In this document: piece by piece, positions 22,901-32,000 of the stretch
How the letters are laid out: each line of letters starts with the position of its first letter
Position numbering within the stretch: the first letter of the stretch is position 1
Source of the DNA: Zygophlyctis sp. KS116
Lineage: Eukaryota; Fungi; Chytridiomycota
Assembly (NCBI GenBank): GCA_054661495.1
Contig: BAAFSQ010000083.1
Location: 1-32,000, forward strand
DNA: 32,000 nt
Reading direction: 5' to 3'
Notes under the pieces: model-generated
What the model saw: only the letters and a program-made list of their open reading frames with translations
The model's database searches: none
What the model was told of the DNA's origin: nothing
Position numbers and translations under genes: made by a program

Positions 22901-24227
22901 GAAAATAAAACTACTTTTCACAAGTCACGCATAAACATTCTTGATTGTTAACCCCAAAATAATTGGCTGAATAAAAAGTCGTGATTTCTTCTCCCACTTT
23001 AATCGGTTTGACCACTTTAAAAGACACAATATTTGTATTCATATTGATAAACTAATATTATAATTCAGCATATACCTTTGTATTTGCTTGACAATCATGA
23101 TTGACAAATCGTGCAGGACCAAGAAATAAACACATGCACTTTTTCTTTGTAGAGTACATTACACTAAAATCTCTATTCTTGAGTGCCAGCTCATCTTCTC
23201 TAGATAATTCTGCAATTACTCCTGTACAAGCTTTAATTTGATCACCAGGATTCCAATCTTGCGTTGCAACCAGTTTTGCTTCTGCCTTTTCAGAACTACT
23301 ATACCTAAAAGTCCTGTTAATCTCAAACCCAGCATTTGGAAGATAAACCATTAAATATCTACATAAATGCCTATCATTAAATAATTCTAATATACTCTTT
23401 TAGCAACATTTCCTCCCTTTCCGTTAAACCATTCTTAAGAGTCTGTGAATATTTACTCTGCAGTCGCGATAAAGCAATTTCAAACAAGTAATTTTCTTCT
23501 GGGGAAGAATCTCTAGTTTTAAGTCTAATTTTTAGTATAATTTCGCACATACTCATTCAAAACCAGAGGATCTTTTAAAATTTGAATCAATTGATTAGCC
23601 GAATCTTCCACCTCCTTTTTTGTAAGAATATTATTCCTAATAAAAAAAGTTAAAATGACTGCCAAAGCCTCACTTGAAGTCAGCGACTCATAGATACTAT
23701 CATCTGGAATCAATGCCAACTCCTCTCTTTGAACTTTTTTCTCTAATTCTTCTGCCTGATCTGCATCCCTTGACTCTTTTAGACCATTTTCCTCTAAATC
23801 ATTTCCATTTAGAGTCTCGAAAGCCTGCATAGTCTGATTTTCAATTACATTTTCGTGTCTAGTCTCTTGCTCCAACTCGTGATTTTCTTGTAAAAATTGT
23901 ATACTTGAATCCGTTTCCTGTGCTATTACTTTTTCCTTTAAAGAATTATCAATTTCTAAAGAATCTAAAGACTCTTGCACTATATTTTCTATATTCTGAG
24001 AATTTTCTAGAATTCCATCAGTCTCTTGTAGAGCTATATTTAGAATGAATAATATTACCGCTATGCATGAATTTATGAGTTTCAAATCCCAAAAACATTG
24101 TATCCAACAAGAGCGAAGAACATAAATCATCAAAAACCGATAATTCAGCATATGGATATCCAGCATCAGCCTTTCTCCTTCCTTCTCGAACAATCTTTTC
24201 TTGAATTACTTGGTCTGCAGTTTCCAT
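19950..24227 (-). CDS. SET9: Histone H4K20 methyltransferase Set9/KMT5 (Suv4-20 type), ~1300 aa, ~14 short introns
   Basis: [21 protein letters not shown]; FEI..T.RYS; [27 protein letters not shown]; [21 protein letters not shown]. Downstream ORFs join in frame through GT-AG introns down to the stop at 19950. The 3' extent is less certain than the SET core. Confidence 0.85.
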
Positions 24228-24297
24228 TTTTAATATGTTGTAATAGGAATTATAATTTATAATTTATTATTATTCTTGGGCGGAGGAATTTCAAGAA

Positions 24298-24347
24298 CGC
24301 GAAACGAACGGCCTGATCAGCCATGCGATTTGAATGCGATTTCAAAA
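24298..24347. promoter_or_regulatory. Candidate cis-elements CGCGAAA and ATGCGATTT(G/C)AA x2 in a divergent promoter
   Basis: CGCGAAA at 24298-24304 and ATGCGATTTGAATGCGATTTCAAAA at 24323-24347, between SET9 and the Caprin-like gene. Confidence 0.35.
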
Positions 24348-24548
24348 CAATTCTTAGCAATTCTTACAAAGGCTAGGATTAAACCAATCATGCATCATTT
24401 GACACATTGCATAAATGAATAAACAATAAACCATGAATAGATCATTGTCTGTTTTAGGTCTACAGAGTTTGCGTTTCAGTTCAGTTTAATGACTAGCGGC
24501 TAGATAGTAGTGTCCAGTGTCCAGGACTCATCCGCAGGAAACAGAAAA

Positions 24549-25193
24549 ATGACTTTGGAAAATGGATCTGAGAATTGCGGATCTGATGCTGCTGATAGAG
24601 ATCAGAAATCTCAAATTCTAGATGCTGTCGGTAAACGTCTTCGGACACTCAAAAAGAAATTACAGAAAATACAAAAGTATGAAACTTCTATTTCTACTCT
24701 TAATCCTGATCAAGTACAAGCCATAGAGAAAAAAGATGCAATATTATTAGCAATAAAGGAATTAGAAGAATTAAATAAATCTCTAGAGTCTATTCAATTA
24801 GAAATGGATCTGGCTCAATTGGAAATGTCTGAAAATAGAGAAAAAGAAATTTTGGCTAAAATAGATGATGCTGTTCAAGAAGCAAAGAAAATTCCAAAAT
24901 CTTCAACTTGCACTTTATTAAAATGGATCGGACTACTTAATGATAGATTAGAACCTGCTGAATTTTATTTAGAATCAAACTTGTTTATTTGTCTATCCTC
25001 TCTACATAAAGTATTATGTTCAGATCAGGGATATGATATAGCTCAGTCTTTATTAAATCACTCAAAATCTGAATTTTTGGGATATACTTTTGAATATTTA
25101 GTCAAGACTATTGAATCTCTAACTCTACCAGTAAAGTCTGATAAAATGTCTTTTATGACTAGTGAAATAAGTAAGTTTTTAAAGAGATCATGA
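24549..25193 (+). CDS. Caprin-1/YAG7-like coiled-coil protein
   Basis: KRLRTLKKKLQKIQKYE...LNPDQVQAIEKKDAILLAIKELEEL matches the Caprin HR1-type helical hairpin. ATG at 24549. The 3' end is uncertain (GTAAGT donor at 25171). Confidence 0.6.
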   Translation: MTLENGSENCGSDAADRDQKSQILDAVGKRLRTLKKKLQKIQKYETSISTLNPDQVQAIEKKDAILLAIKELEELNKSLESIQLEMDLAQLEMSENREKEILAKIDDAVQEAKKIPKSSTCTLLKWIGLLNDRLEPAEFYLESNLFICLSSLHKVLCSDQGYDIAQSLLNHSKSEFLGYTFEYLVKTIESLTLPVKSDKMSFMTSEISKFLKRS

Positions 25194-25313
25194 TGAATTT
25201 AATTCGATTAGTCTTAAAGACAATGCCATGGTTATAAATACTAAATTCTGAATCTCTATGCTCCTAAAACTAAAACTTAGAAAAAAACAAGTTATCAGTC
25301 TCTCTACAGAAAA

Positions 25314-27159
25314 ATGTCAAATAAAAGTGTATCAGCTTCTGATGCGAATAAGTTAGCCTCGCAAATGATGTCTTTTGGTTTACAGGATGAGATTTTAAGT
25401 CCAATTAATGAGTCTTGTTTAAAAGATGTAAGATTTACAGTCTTATAATAGGAAATTCTAGAGAGGAAATGGTTGTCTTGGCTGAAAGAGAATTTAGGAT
25501 CTGGAGAGATTTTACTGGAAATTGGGAGGGAAAATGGGTCTGCATTGAACTTTACGATTCAGGAATTTGAAAAGATTTATAATGATATTTCTCTAGCATC
25601 GTTGGAAATTTCTGCACATTCTGTACTGTTACATTCTACAATTGTTGATAAAAATATTAAATTTGGATATATTCTCGTTCGAAAGACGCCAGGTACTTGA
25701 AATGTGACTTGAAAAATTAGGAAATGTTACAGAAATTCCTGAACTAAGGATATGTGTCGTTGGGAATGTAGATTCTGGGAAATCTACTTCACTAGGTGTT
25801 CTTACAAAGGATGTTTTAGATGATGGAAGGGGGAAAGCTAGAGTGAATTTATTCAAACATAAGCATGAAATTGAGTCTGGAAGAACTTCTTCTATTGGTT
25901 ATGAAATTATGGGGTTTGATGAACAATGTAGAGTTATAACTCCTACAACTCTTGGAAAAACTAAAATTAATTGGGATGATATTTGTGTGAATGCATCAAA
26001 GGTGATTACTTTTATAGATTTGGCTGGTCATGCAAGATATTTAAAGACAACTGTGGCAGGAATGACTGGAAATGCTCCGGATTTTGTAATGTTGATTGTA
26101 GGTTCAAATTCTGGAATTATTGGAATGACTAAAGGTAGTTGAGAAAAGGTTAATTTTTAGAACATTTGGTTCTAGCTTTGGCTCTTCAAGTTCCGGTTTT
26201 TGTAGTTATTACAAAAGTAGATATGTGTCCAAAAAATATTTTAGAACAAACAATTAAGCAAGTTACAAAGATTTTGAGATCTTCAGGTAAGTGATATTTG
26301 ATTTTATTCTAGGTGTACGCAAAGTTCCTGTTTTTATTAACAATATTGAAGATGTTTGCATGACTGCTAAAAATTTTATATCAGAAAGGTAATAGAGTTT
26401 AGATAATTATAGAATATGTCCAGTTTTTCAGGTTTCTAATGTTTCGGGAATAGGATTGGATCTTGTAAAAACATTTCTGAATCTTTTACAAGGGAATAGA
26501 TCAATTGAAAAATTCGACTCTTCACAGCCCTTGGAATATAGGATAAATGATACATTTAGTGTAACTGGAGTTGGAACTGTTGTTGCAGGGACTATAATGT
26601 CTGGTATAAAACCTTTTTTTTATAGTTTAGGAACAGTTCAAGTTGGAGATATTCTTCTTCTTGGTCCGGATGTAAATGGTGCATTTACTCCCACTCTTAT
26701 TAAATCTATACAGAGAAAAAGAGTTAGCGTACCCCATGCTGTAGCAGGACAATCAGTATCTTTTGCGTTGAAAAAGGTTAAAAGATCCAATATTAAGAAA
26801 GGAATGATTCTAGCAAGGTAAATAGATTTATGGCTAAATTTAGTAAATCCTTAAAACCAATTGCAGTCATGGAATTTGAAGCAGAAGTTTTAGTTTTGTA
26901 TCACTCTACAACCATGGCATGTAAATACCAAGCAATGGTTCATTGTGGAGCAGTTCGGCAGAGTGCGAGAATAATTTCAATGGACAGGGAGTTCATTAGG
27001 ACGGGTGATCGTGCATTCATCCGATTTCAGTTTGTACAACACCCCGAGTATCTTAAAATTGGATCACTAATGGTATTTCGTGAAGGTATTTATAGGCATT
27101 AGTAAATCTTAGGACTCACAAAGGGAATAGGAAGAGTAACAAGAATTTTTGTAGAATAG
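25314..27159 (+). CDS. GTPBP1: Translational GTPase GTPBP1 family
   Basis: [64 protein letters not shown]. Multiple short introns (e.g. 25428-25451, 26604-26630, 27086-27112). Confidence 0.93.
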
Positions 27160-27354
27160 ATTTCTTTTCTTGTCATAGTTTAGACCGGTTTTACGTGGAA
27201 TTCGATCATGATTGAGTATTTCAAACAGTTTTGTGTGGGATAAGTGATCCATCCTCTTCCGGGAAGTATAAATCCATAGAATAAGGCGGATAAAGTCAGA
27301 TTGATCAAACTCTTGAATGCGCCTATTAACTCACGAATTTTTTACTTTTGGGCC

Positions 27355-28080
27355 ATGGAAAGTATTACTTTGACTGTCTCTCACGGTAAGAATATATACA
27401 AGATCCCACTCTCCCCAACATCAAATGTTGCGAATCTTAAATCAGCCATAGAAATACAATCAGGCATTGCATCTTCTCTGCAAAAGCTGTTGGCAAAAGG
27501 AAGTCTTTTAAAAGATGATCAACCAGTTGGAAATTTTGGAGAAAAAACTAAAATCATTCTTATGGCTACTGCTAGTACAGATATTGCAAAGGTTGCGGCC
27601 GGTGCTCTCACAAGTATTGTTTCTCCTGCCGCATCAGCAACAGTTGTTGTAGAGTCTTGGACCGATAAGACTGTATTATATAATATCTTAAATTTAGGAA
27701 CATTCTAAAATTCTTAGTAAAGGTATGCCTCCTGATGTAATGCCTGGGATCACTGGAATTAAGGAATCTCTTCCAGAGAGAGGAATTGTAGGATTATTGA
27801 ATAGCTATGGTACTAAAACTCGTCTAACTTTTAAATATGATGAATTAGTAATTGGAACAAGTGGTAATAAGTTTTATTAAAAATATTAGAAAGAACTCTT
27901 CCAGTACCATACGACTCTATTACATCTGTATCCTCTCAAGCTCTACCTGACAAGAAGGAGTATCATATACTTTGTCTACAGTTGGGACCTACTGAAAAGT
28001 CAAATTATTATCTATACTATGTTCCTGCTCAATATATTGAGGCGATTAAGGATGTGATCTTGGGAAGATTTCCATTCTGA
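27355..28080 (+). CDS. UBFD1: Ubiquitin domain-containing protein UBFD1
   Basis: N-terminal UBL (QKLLAKGSLLKDD). Spliced C-terminus HSKILSKGMPPDVMPG...RLTFK...YHILCLQLGPTEKSNYYLYYVPAQYIEAIKDVILG closely resembles animal UBFD1. Confidence 0.88.
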
Positions 28081-28167
28081 TTTTTCATGTAAAACTAGTA
28101 AAATAGGATAAGCTGATTTATTAATCTTGAAATTAGCTATGAGTTTTAACTTTATCTACTAAATGGA

Positions 28168-28776
28168 TTAATAATCATAATACACACTTCCCTGATTCGG
28201 ATAACCATATTGATTAGCAGGATACTGTGATTGTGATCCTTGAGCATTGTAATAAGCATCTTGGTTATAGCTTTCAGGATAACTTTCCTGATAATTTGAC
28301 TGGAATCCATACTGAGGCTGTGCCTGATAATAAGATGCTTCATCAACTTGTTGCTGACTGATGGATGATGCAGGATAAACAGATCGTTGAAGCGATGTTT
28401 GATTTATATCTTGGACTGCTGCCTTTTGTCTTTCTATTTTTTGCTGTTGAACAAGGATTGCATTCTCTGCTTTTTTATTAGCATCTGCAACTTGAAGCAG
28501 ATCTACCGGTTTTTGATAATTTCTTGGTAGTGGCGCTGGCCCATTTAAATTTAAGTCCCCCTTTTCAAATCTATTCTTTTTCTGTCTAGAAGTATCTGGC
28601 CAGCAGCAACATCTAACAAACATGAAAATGATCAATAGTATTCCTATTGCAATAACTGCCCATCCCCAGGCAGGGACTTTAGCAATAACATTCTCAGCAG
28701 TTAGCGGGGAACAAACTTCTTTAATACACAATTGTCCAGTAGAACAATCGGCTTCTGAATTGCACTGTATAGGCAT
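28168..28776 (-). CDS. Uncharacterised single-pass membrane protein with N-terminal 4-Cys microdomain and Q/Y-rich tail (202 aa), paralog B
   Basis: ATG 28776. C-x5-C-x5-C-x4-C, TM (AWGWAVIAIGILLIIFMFV), RCCC, and the GPAPLPRNYQKPVDLLQVADAN motif shared with the gene at 14237. Confidence 0.8.
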   Translation of the reverse strand: MPIQCNSEADCSTGQLCIKEVCSPLTAENVIAKVPAWGWAVIAIGILLIIFMFVRCCCWPDTSRQKKNRFEKGDLNLNGPAPLPRNYQKPVDLLQVADANKKAENAILVQQQKIERQKAAVQDINQTSLQRSVYPASSISQQQVDEASYYQAQPQYGFQSNYQESYPESYNQDAYYNAQGSQSQYPANQYGYPNQGSVYYDY

Positions 28777-28861
28777 TTTTAAACAAGCTAAAAATAGAAG
28801 CGGCAACTCTGTATCACGAGAAACGGCCGCATGTTATAATTATAGAAACATTGTGATAAAA

Positions 28862-29375
28862 TTAGAATAAATCAAGTTTTTCAATATTTGCAATGCGTAA
28901 TGACCTCCTTTTATTTTTGATAAAGGGATCAGTAGTTGATTTAGAATTTTCAGATTTCTTTCTAGATTTACTAGTTTTGCACGACGAATCATTCGGCATT
29001 GATTTTCTCTTTTTTATCTGTGTTTCTGAATGCTTTGTTGTTTTTTTAAATAGAAATATGTGCGGTTCAGGAGCATGAATCAAGTAATGTTCCCATCTAT
29101 ATAATTAATAAAGATAAATAATACCCTGGCGATTGACAAATACCAATATATCGCCATTCATCATCCGATAGTAGCCTTTTCTTGAAATTATCATTAAGTG
29201 AATAATAGAACTTTTTTGGAAGAATGACATGCCTTGAATGAATAATTGAGCGTTACCTGTATTCACAAAAGTCTGTGCAGTATTTATCAGAATATCTTAT
29301 TTGTTTTTGAAAATCCTTGAGTTCCTTTGTTAGATCTTTTCGATGACAAAAGGGGGGAAGAGCTGTTTTAGTCAT
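28862..29375 (-). CDS. Second, divergent Cks-family protein with basic C-terminal extension (153 aa)
   Basis: Introns 29256-29233 and 29124-29097 give ...IRYSDKYCTDFCEYRHVILPKK...[36 protein letters not shown] plus a ~60 aa tail. Confidence 0.88.
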
Positions 29376-29865
29376 TTAATAATTCTTTCGGAGTCTGAAC
29401 TTAATCTTGATCTACAATCTCGACTGCATTTTCAGATATCAAATAGATAAGTCATTGCTAGCATTGCTTTCACTCATAAACCCAATAAAACTCTAGTCAA
29501 ACATACCAATATATCGCCATTCATCATCCGATAGTAGCCTTTTCTTGAAATTATCATTAAGTGAATAATAGAACTTTTTTGGAAGAATGACATGCCTTGA
29601 ATGAATAATTGAGCGTTACCTGTATTCACAAAAGTCTGTGCAGTATTTATCAGAATATCTTATTTGTTTTTGAAAATCCTTGAGTTCCTTTGTTAGATCT
29701 TTTCGATGACAAAAGGGGGGAAGAGCTGTTTTAGTCATTTAATAATTCTTTCGGAGTCTGAACTTAATCTTGATCTACAATCTCGACTGCATTTTCTGAT
29801 ATCAAATAGATAAGTCATTGCTAGCATTGCTTTCACTCATAAACCCAATAAAACTCTAGTCAAAC
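29140..29865. repeat. Near-perfect 363-bp direct tandem duplication (29140-29502 / 29503-29865)
   Basis: The copies read identically except A29434/T29797 by eye. Junction microhomology ATACCAATATA/ATACAAATATA. Confidence 0.95.
29493..29738 (-). pseudogene. Truncated duplicate of the 5' part of the divergent Cks gene (73 aa)
   Basis: Same ATG, first intron and exons as 29375 onward, but ends ...EWRYIGMFD* just past the duplication junction. Lacks QSPGW and the HxPEPH hinge. Confidence 0.75.
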
Positions 29866-29938
29866 ATACAAATATAGCAGATAGAATCATTTAACACAAT
29901 ATCAACCTACTCTCAGTAAACAACGGCTCAAAACTCTA

Positions 29939-31024
29939 ATGACTGGAATTCTATTTATCACAAAATCATTGAATCAGGAAATGGTTGCAATTCTAAAAAC
30001 ATTATGTAAATGGCTTCATGCTCAAAGACCAGACTTGCGATTGTTCATTGATGAGAAAATTGAAGATATTCCGGATCATTGCAACTCTTGGAATCCGTCA
30101 TTCATTCTTTTAAGTAGAGATCAGATTGATTTAGTTGTTACTATCGGAGGGGATGGCACAGTGCTATATAGCTCTTGGTTATTTCAGAATTCAAATGTGC
30201 CACCAACCATGAGTTTTTCTTTTGGATCTTTGGGGTTTTTAACGGATTTTGATATCACAGCTATACGAGATGACATTATTGATTGGATAAATAATCCTCA
30301 AAATTATACGAAAACTACTAGAATGAGATTAACTGCAAAAGTATCACGATATGATTCTGAGAAGAAAATGTTAAAATCTAAAAGATCTAAGTCTTGGAAA
30401 GATGATCCATGTATATCGATTGTAGGAGATACTAGGATTACACCATCTCAAGAAACTTGGGTTGTTCTAAATGATGTTGTTATTGATAGAGGGCCAAGTG
30501 CATATATGACACAATTAGAAGTACTAGTAGATTCAGAAGACTGTACAGTTGTACAAGCTGATGGTTTGTTATTTGCAACACCTACAGGATCAACTGCATA
30601 TTCTGTAATTCTAAATCTTTTCTAATATTAGGTCTCTGCAGGTGGGTCTCTAGTTCATCCTCAAGTTCCGTGTATCTTAATGACTCCATTATGTCCACAT
30701 TCACTTTCTTTCAGACCAATGATTCTTCCAGATTCTGTGCAAGTCAAGGTTGTCGTTCCTCTAGATTCTAGATATTCGGCATGGGCGTCTTTTGATGGAA
30801 AGCATCGTATACAATTAAACTACGGTGATTCAATAACAATTAAAAAGTCTCGGTTGAATATGATTACAGTAGATCCTTGTTCATCCCCATGCTCTTCTTT
30901 AAATTGGTTTAAAAAACTTTCCAACACTTTACATTGGAATGTTCGAGCCAGACAACGTGGAACTGATGTATCAGAGGAGGAGGAACTTTTGAAAAAGTTG
31001 AATGGTTTATTCTCTATCAATTAG
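29939..31024 (+). CDS. NAD(+)/NADH kinase
   Basis: GGDGT, GSLGFLT, LNDVVIDRG, QADGL..TPTGSTAYS|VSAGG (intron 30605-30631), TPLCPHSLSFRPM, SFDGKHR, LHWN.R. Confidence 0.93.
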
Positions 31025-31129
31025 AAATTATAATTAATGGATTCCTGGCGCCCAATGGTATCTAGTGTTGTCACTAGTGTTAATAGCGATCTTATCATCT
31101 TTTAATCTCTTTTTAATACACTAATTGCA

Positions 31130-32000
31130 ATGAGAACATTTACATGCCAATTACGGATTCATGATGAGAGGTTTTCTAAAGAGGATCTGCTTATATCTAC
31201 TGATCTGATTCCTGACTTGGAAGAGGGAGACTTGATCCAATTGTCACAAGGAACAGAGGAAGATGCGATCAAAGTTATTGTACAAGTAACGGCTGGGAGT
31301 ATGGATAAAGAGTTCTTATCAAAGCATCCGCAATTGTTGTTCTCTGCTAGTTCGGGGCTTGCAAATGCTGTTGAGCTAACACGGCGACGAGATATATTTA
31401 TCAAGAAGATTGATGATCAGTCAGCGATTTTAGATTTAGTAGAAATCTCGTTTAGAGATCAGTATGGTAACTGCAACTTAATTTTTAATCAATAGTTGCA
31501 AGGCCGGAAATGTGGAGATTGAAGCTATTGTTAGCTGGTACTACAGTTTACAAAGTATTTTTTTCATTTGATCCATAGGGGAAAAAGATATCATCTTTAG
31601 GAATAAGAGCTCAAATCAAGGATCTTTATTTAGGTGGGTCTCTAGTATCATCAGGATTGGTTACGGAGCGAACACGAGTAATCTTTCGTTCCGAGACCGC
31701 AAAATGCTTTATATATATCCAAATGTCGAAAGATATGTGGGAATTTGATGATGATGGAGAAATGTACTCTGAAAAATGTATTCACGGTTTTCTTCCAGAG
31801 TTATTTTCAAGATGGAAGGAAGCAAGTGCAAATCATGTCGTGTCTATTATTCTGTTTGCCAGAATATTTTATCCAAATCAAAAATCAAATTCATCAGCAT
31901 TCGAAAAACTAGATCCTTTAGCTGAAAAAGATCATGTGCTGCATACATTAGAGGATTTATCTGGAAGGTTATTTAATGATTTTTATAGAGTCATTATTGA
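31130..32000 (+). CDS. IML1: IML1/DEPDC5 (GATOR1/SEACIT subunit), 5' part
   Basis: LVEISFRDQY|VARPEMWRL...IFRSETAKCFIYIQMSKDMWEFDDDGEMYSEK..GFLPELFSRWK...HVVSIILFARIFY. Runs off the window. Confidence 0.9.

Noticed and set aside
29140-29865. Direct repeat interpreted as LTRs or a mobile element
   Set aside because: The copies are immediately adjacent, consist of Cks exons, intron and promoter, and lack TG..CA ends, target-site duplication or transposase/RT sequence.
872-30775. Frequent TCTAGA hexamers
   Set aside because: A rough count suggests only a modest excess for this base composition, mostly in coding sequence or at TAG acceptors. It cannot be supported without a k-mer test.
1126-31024. 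Fragmented ORFs read as pseudogenes, frameshifting or an alternative genetic code
   Set aside because: The breaks examined in conserved genes are resolved by short GT-AG introns that restore frame and conserved motifs.
31037-31129. Upstream ATG 31037 plus a 29-nt intron as an IML1 first exon
   Set aside because: Splicing 31058-31086 leads to a stop and is out of frame with ATG 31130.
370-31404. Antisense or alternative-frame ORFs in the track (e.g. 370-609, 4630-4971, 10088-11188, 17843-18154, 19698-19961, 20954-22500, 28622-29078, 30820-31404)
   Set aside because: They overlap better-supported genes, often use non-ATG starts and show no recognisable motifs; they are shadow ORFs.
1-32000. 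rRNA, tRNA, CRISPR or prokaryotic-type systems
   Set aside because: No such structure seen. The window is almost entirely intron-containing eukaryotic coding sequence.

Overview
Extremely compact, AT-rich eukaryotic genomic DNA, most likely from an early-diverging (chytrid-like) fungus. This is inferred from fungal-type Set9, Nbp2-like and Fmp27 genes occurring together with UBFD1, GTPBP1 and FAM32A. About 22 protein-coding genes fill the window. The ORF track is fragmented because nearly all genes carry very short GT-AG introns (about 23-32 nt). Several intergenic gaps are only 0-60 nt. Manual splicing recovers genes missing from or only partly shown in the ORF track (FAM32A, CKS1, a second CKS paralog). 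It also joins fragments into a cytochrome b5-acyl-CoA dehydrogenase, Sec7-PH Arf-GEF, MOB1, FMP27/BLTP2, a long Set9/KMT5, GTPBP1, UBFD1, NAD kinase and IML1/DEPDC5. Four observations stand out. (1) An unrecognised single-pass membrane protein family (4-Cys ectodomain, TM helix, conserved GPAPLPxxYxKPxDLxQVAxxN motif) occurs twice, each time directly next to a Cks (CDK regulatory subunit) paralog. (2) The second Cks is divergent, has a basic tail, and its 5' part lies in a near-perfect 363-bp tandem duplication. (3) The Set9/Suv4-20-type methyltransferase appears fused to a PWWP-like domain and carries PIP boxes. (4) The introns are of ciliate/microsporidian size. No rRNA, tRNA, CRISPR array or transposon was recognised. 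All splice models are manual and unverified by transcripts.
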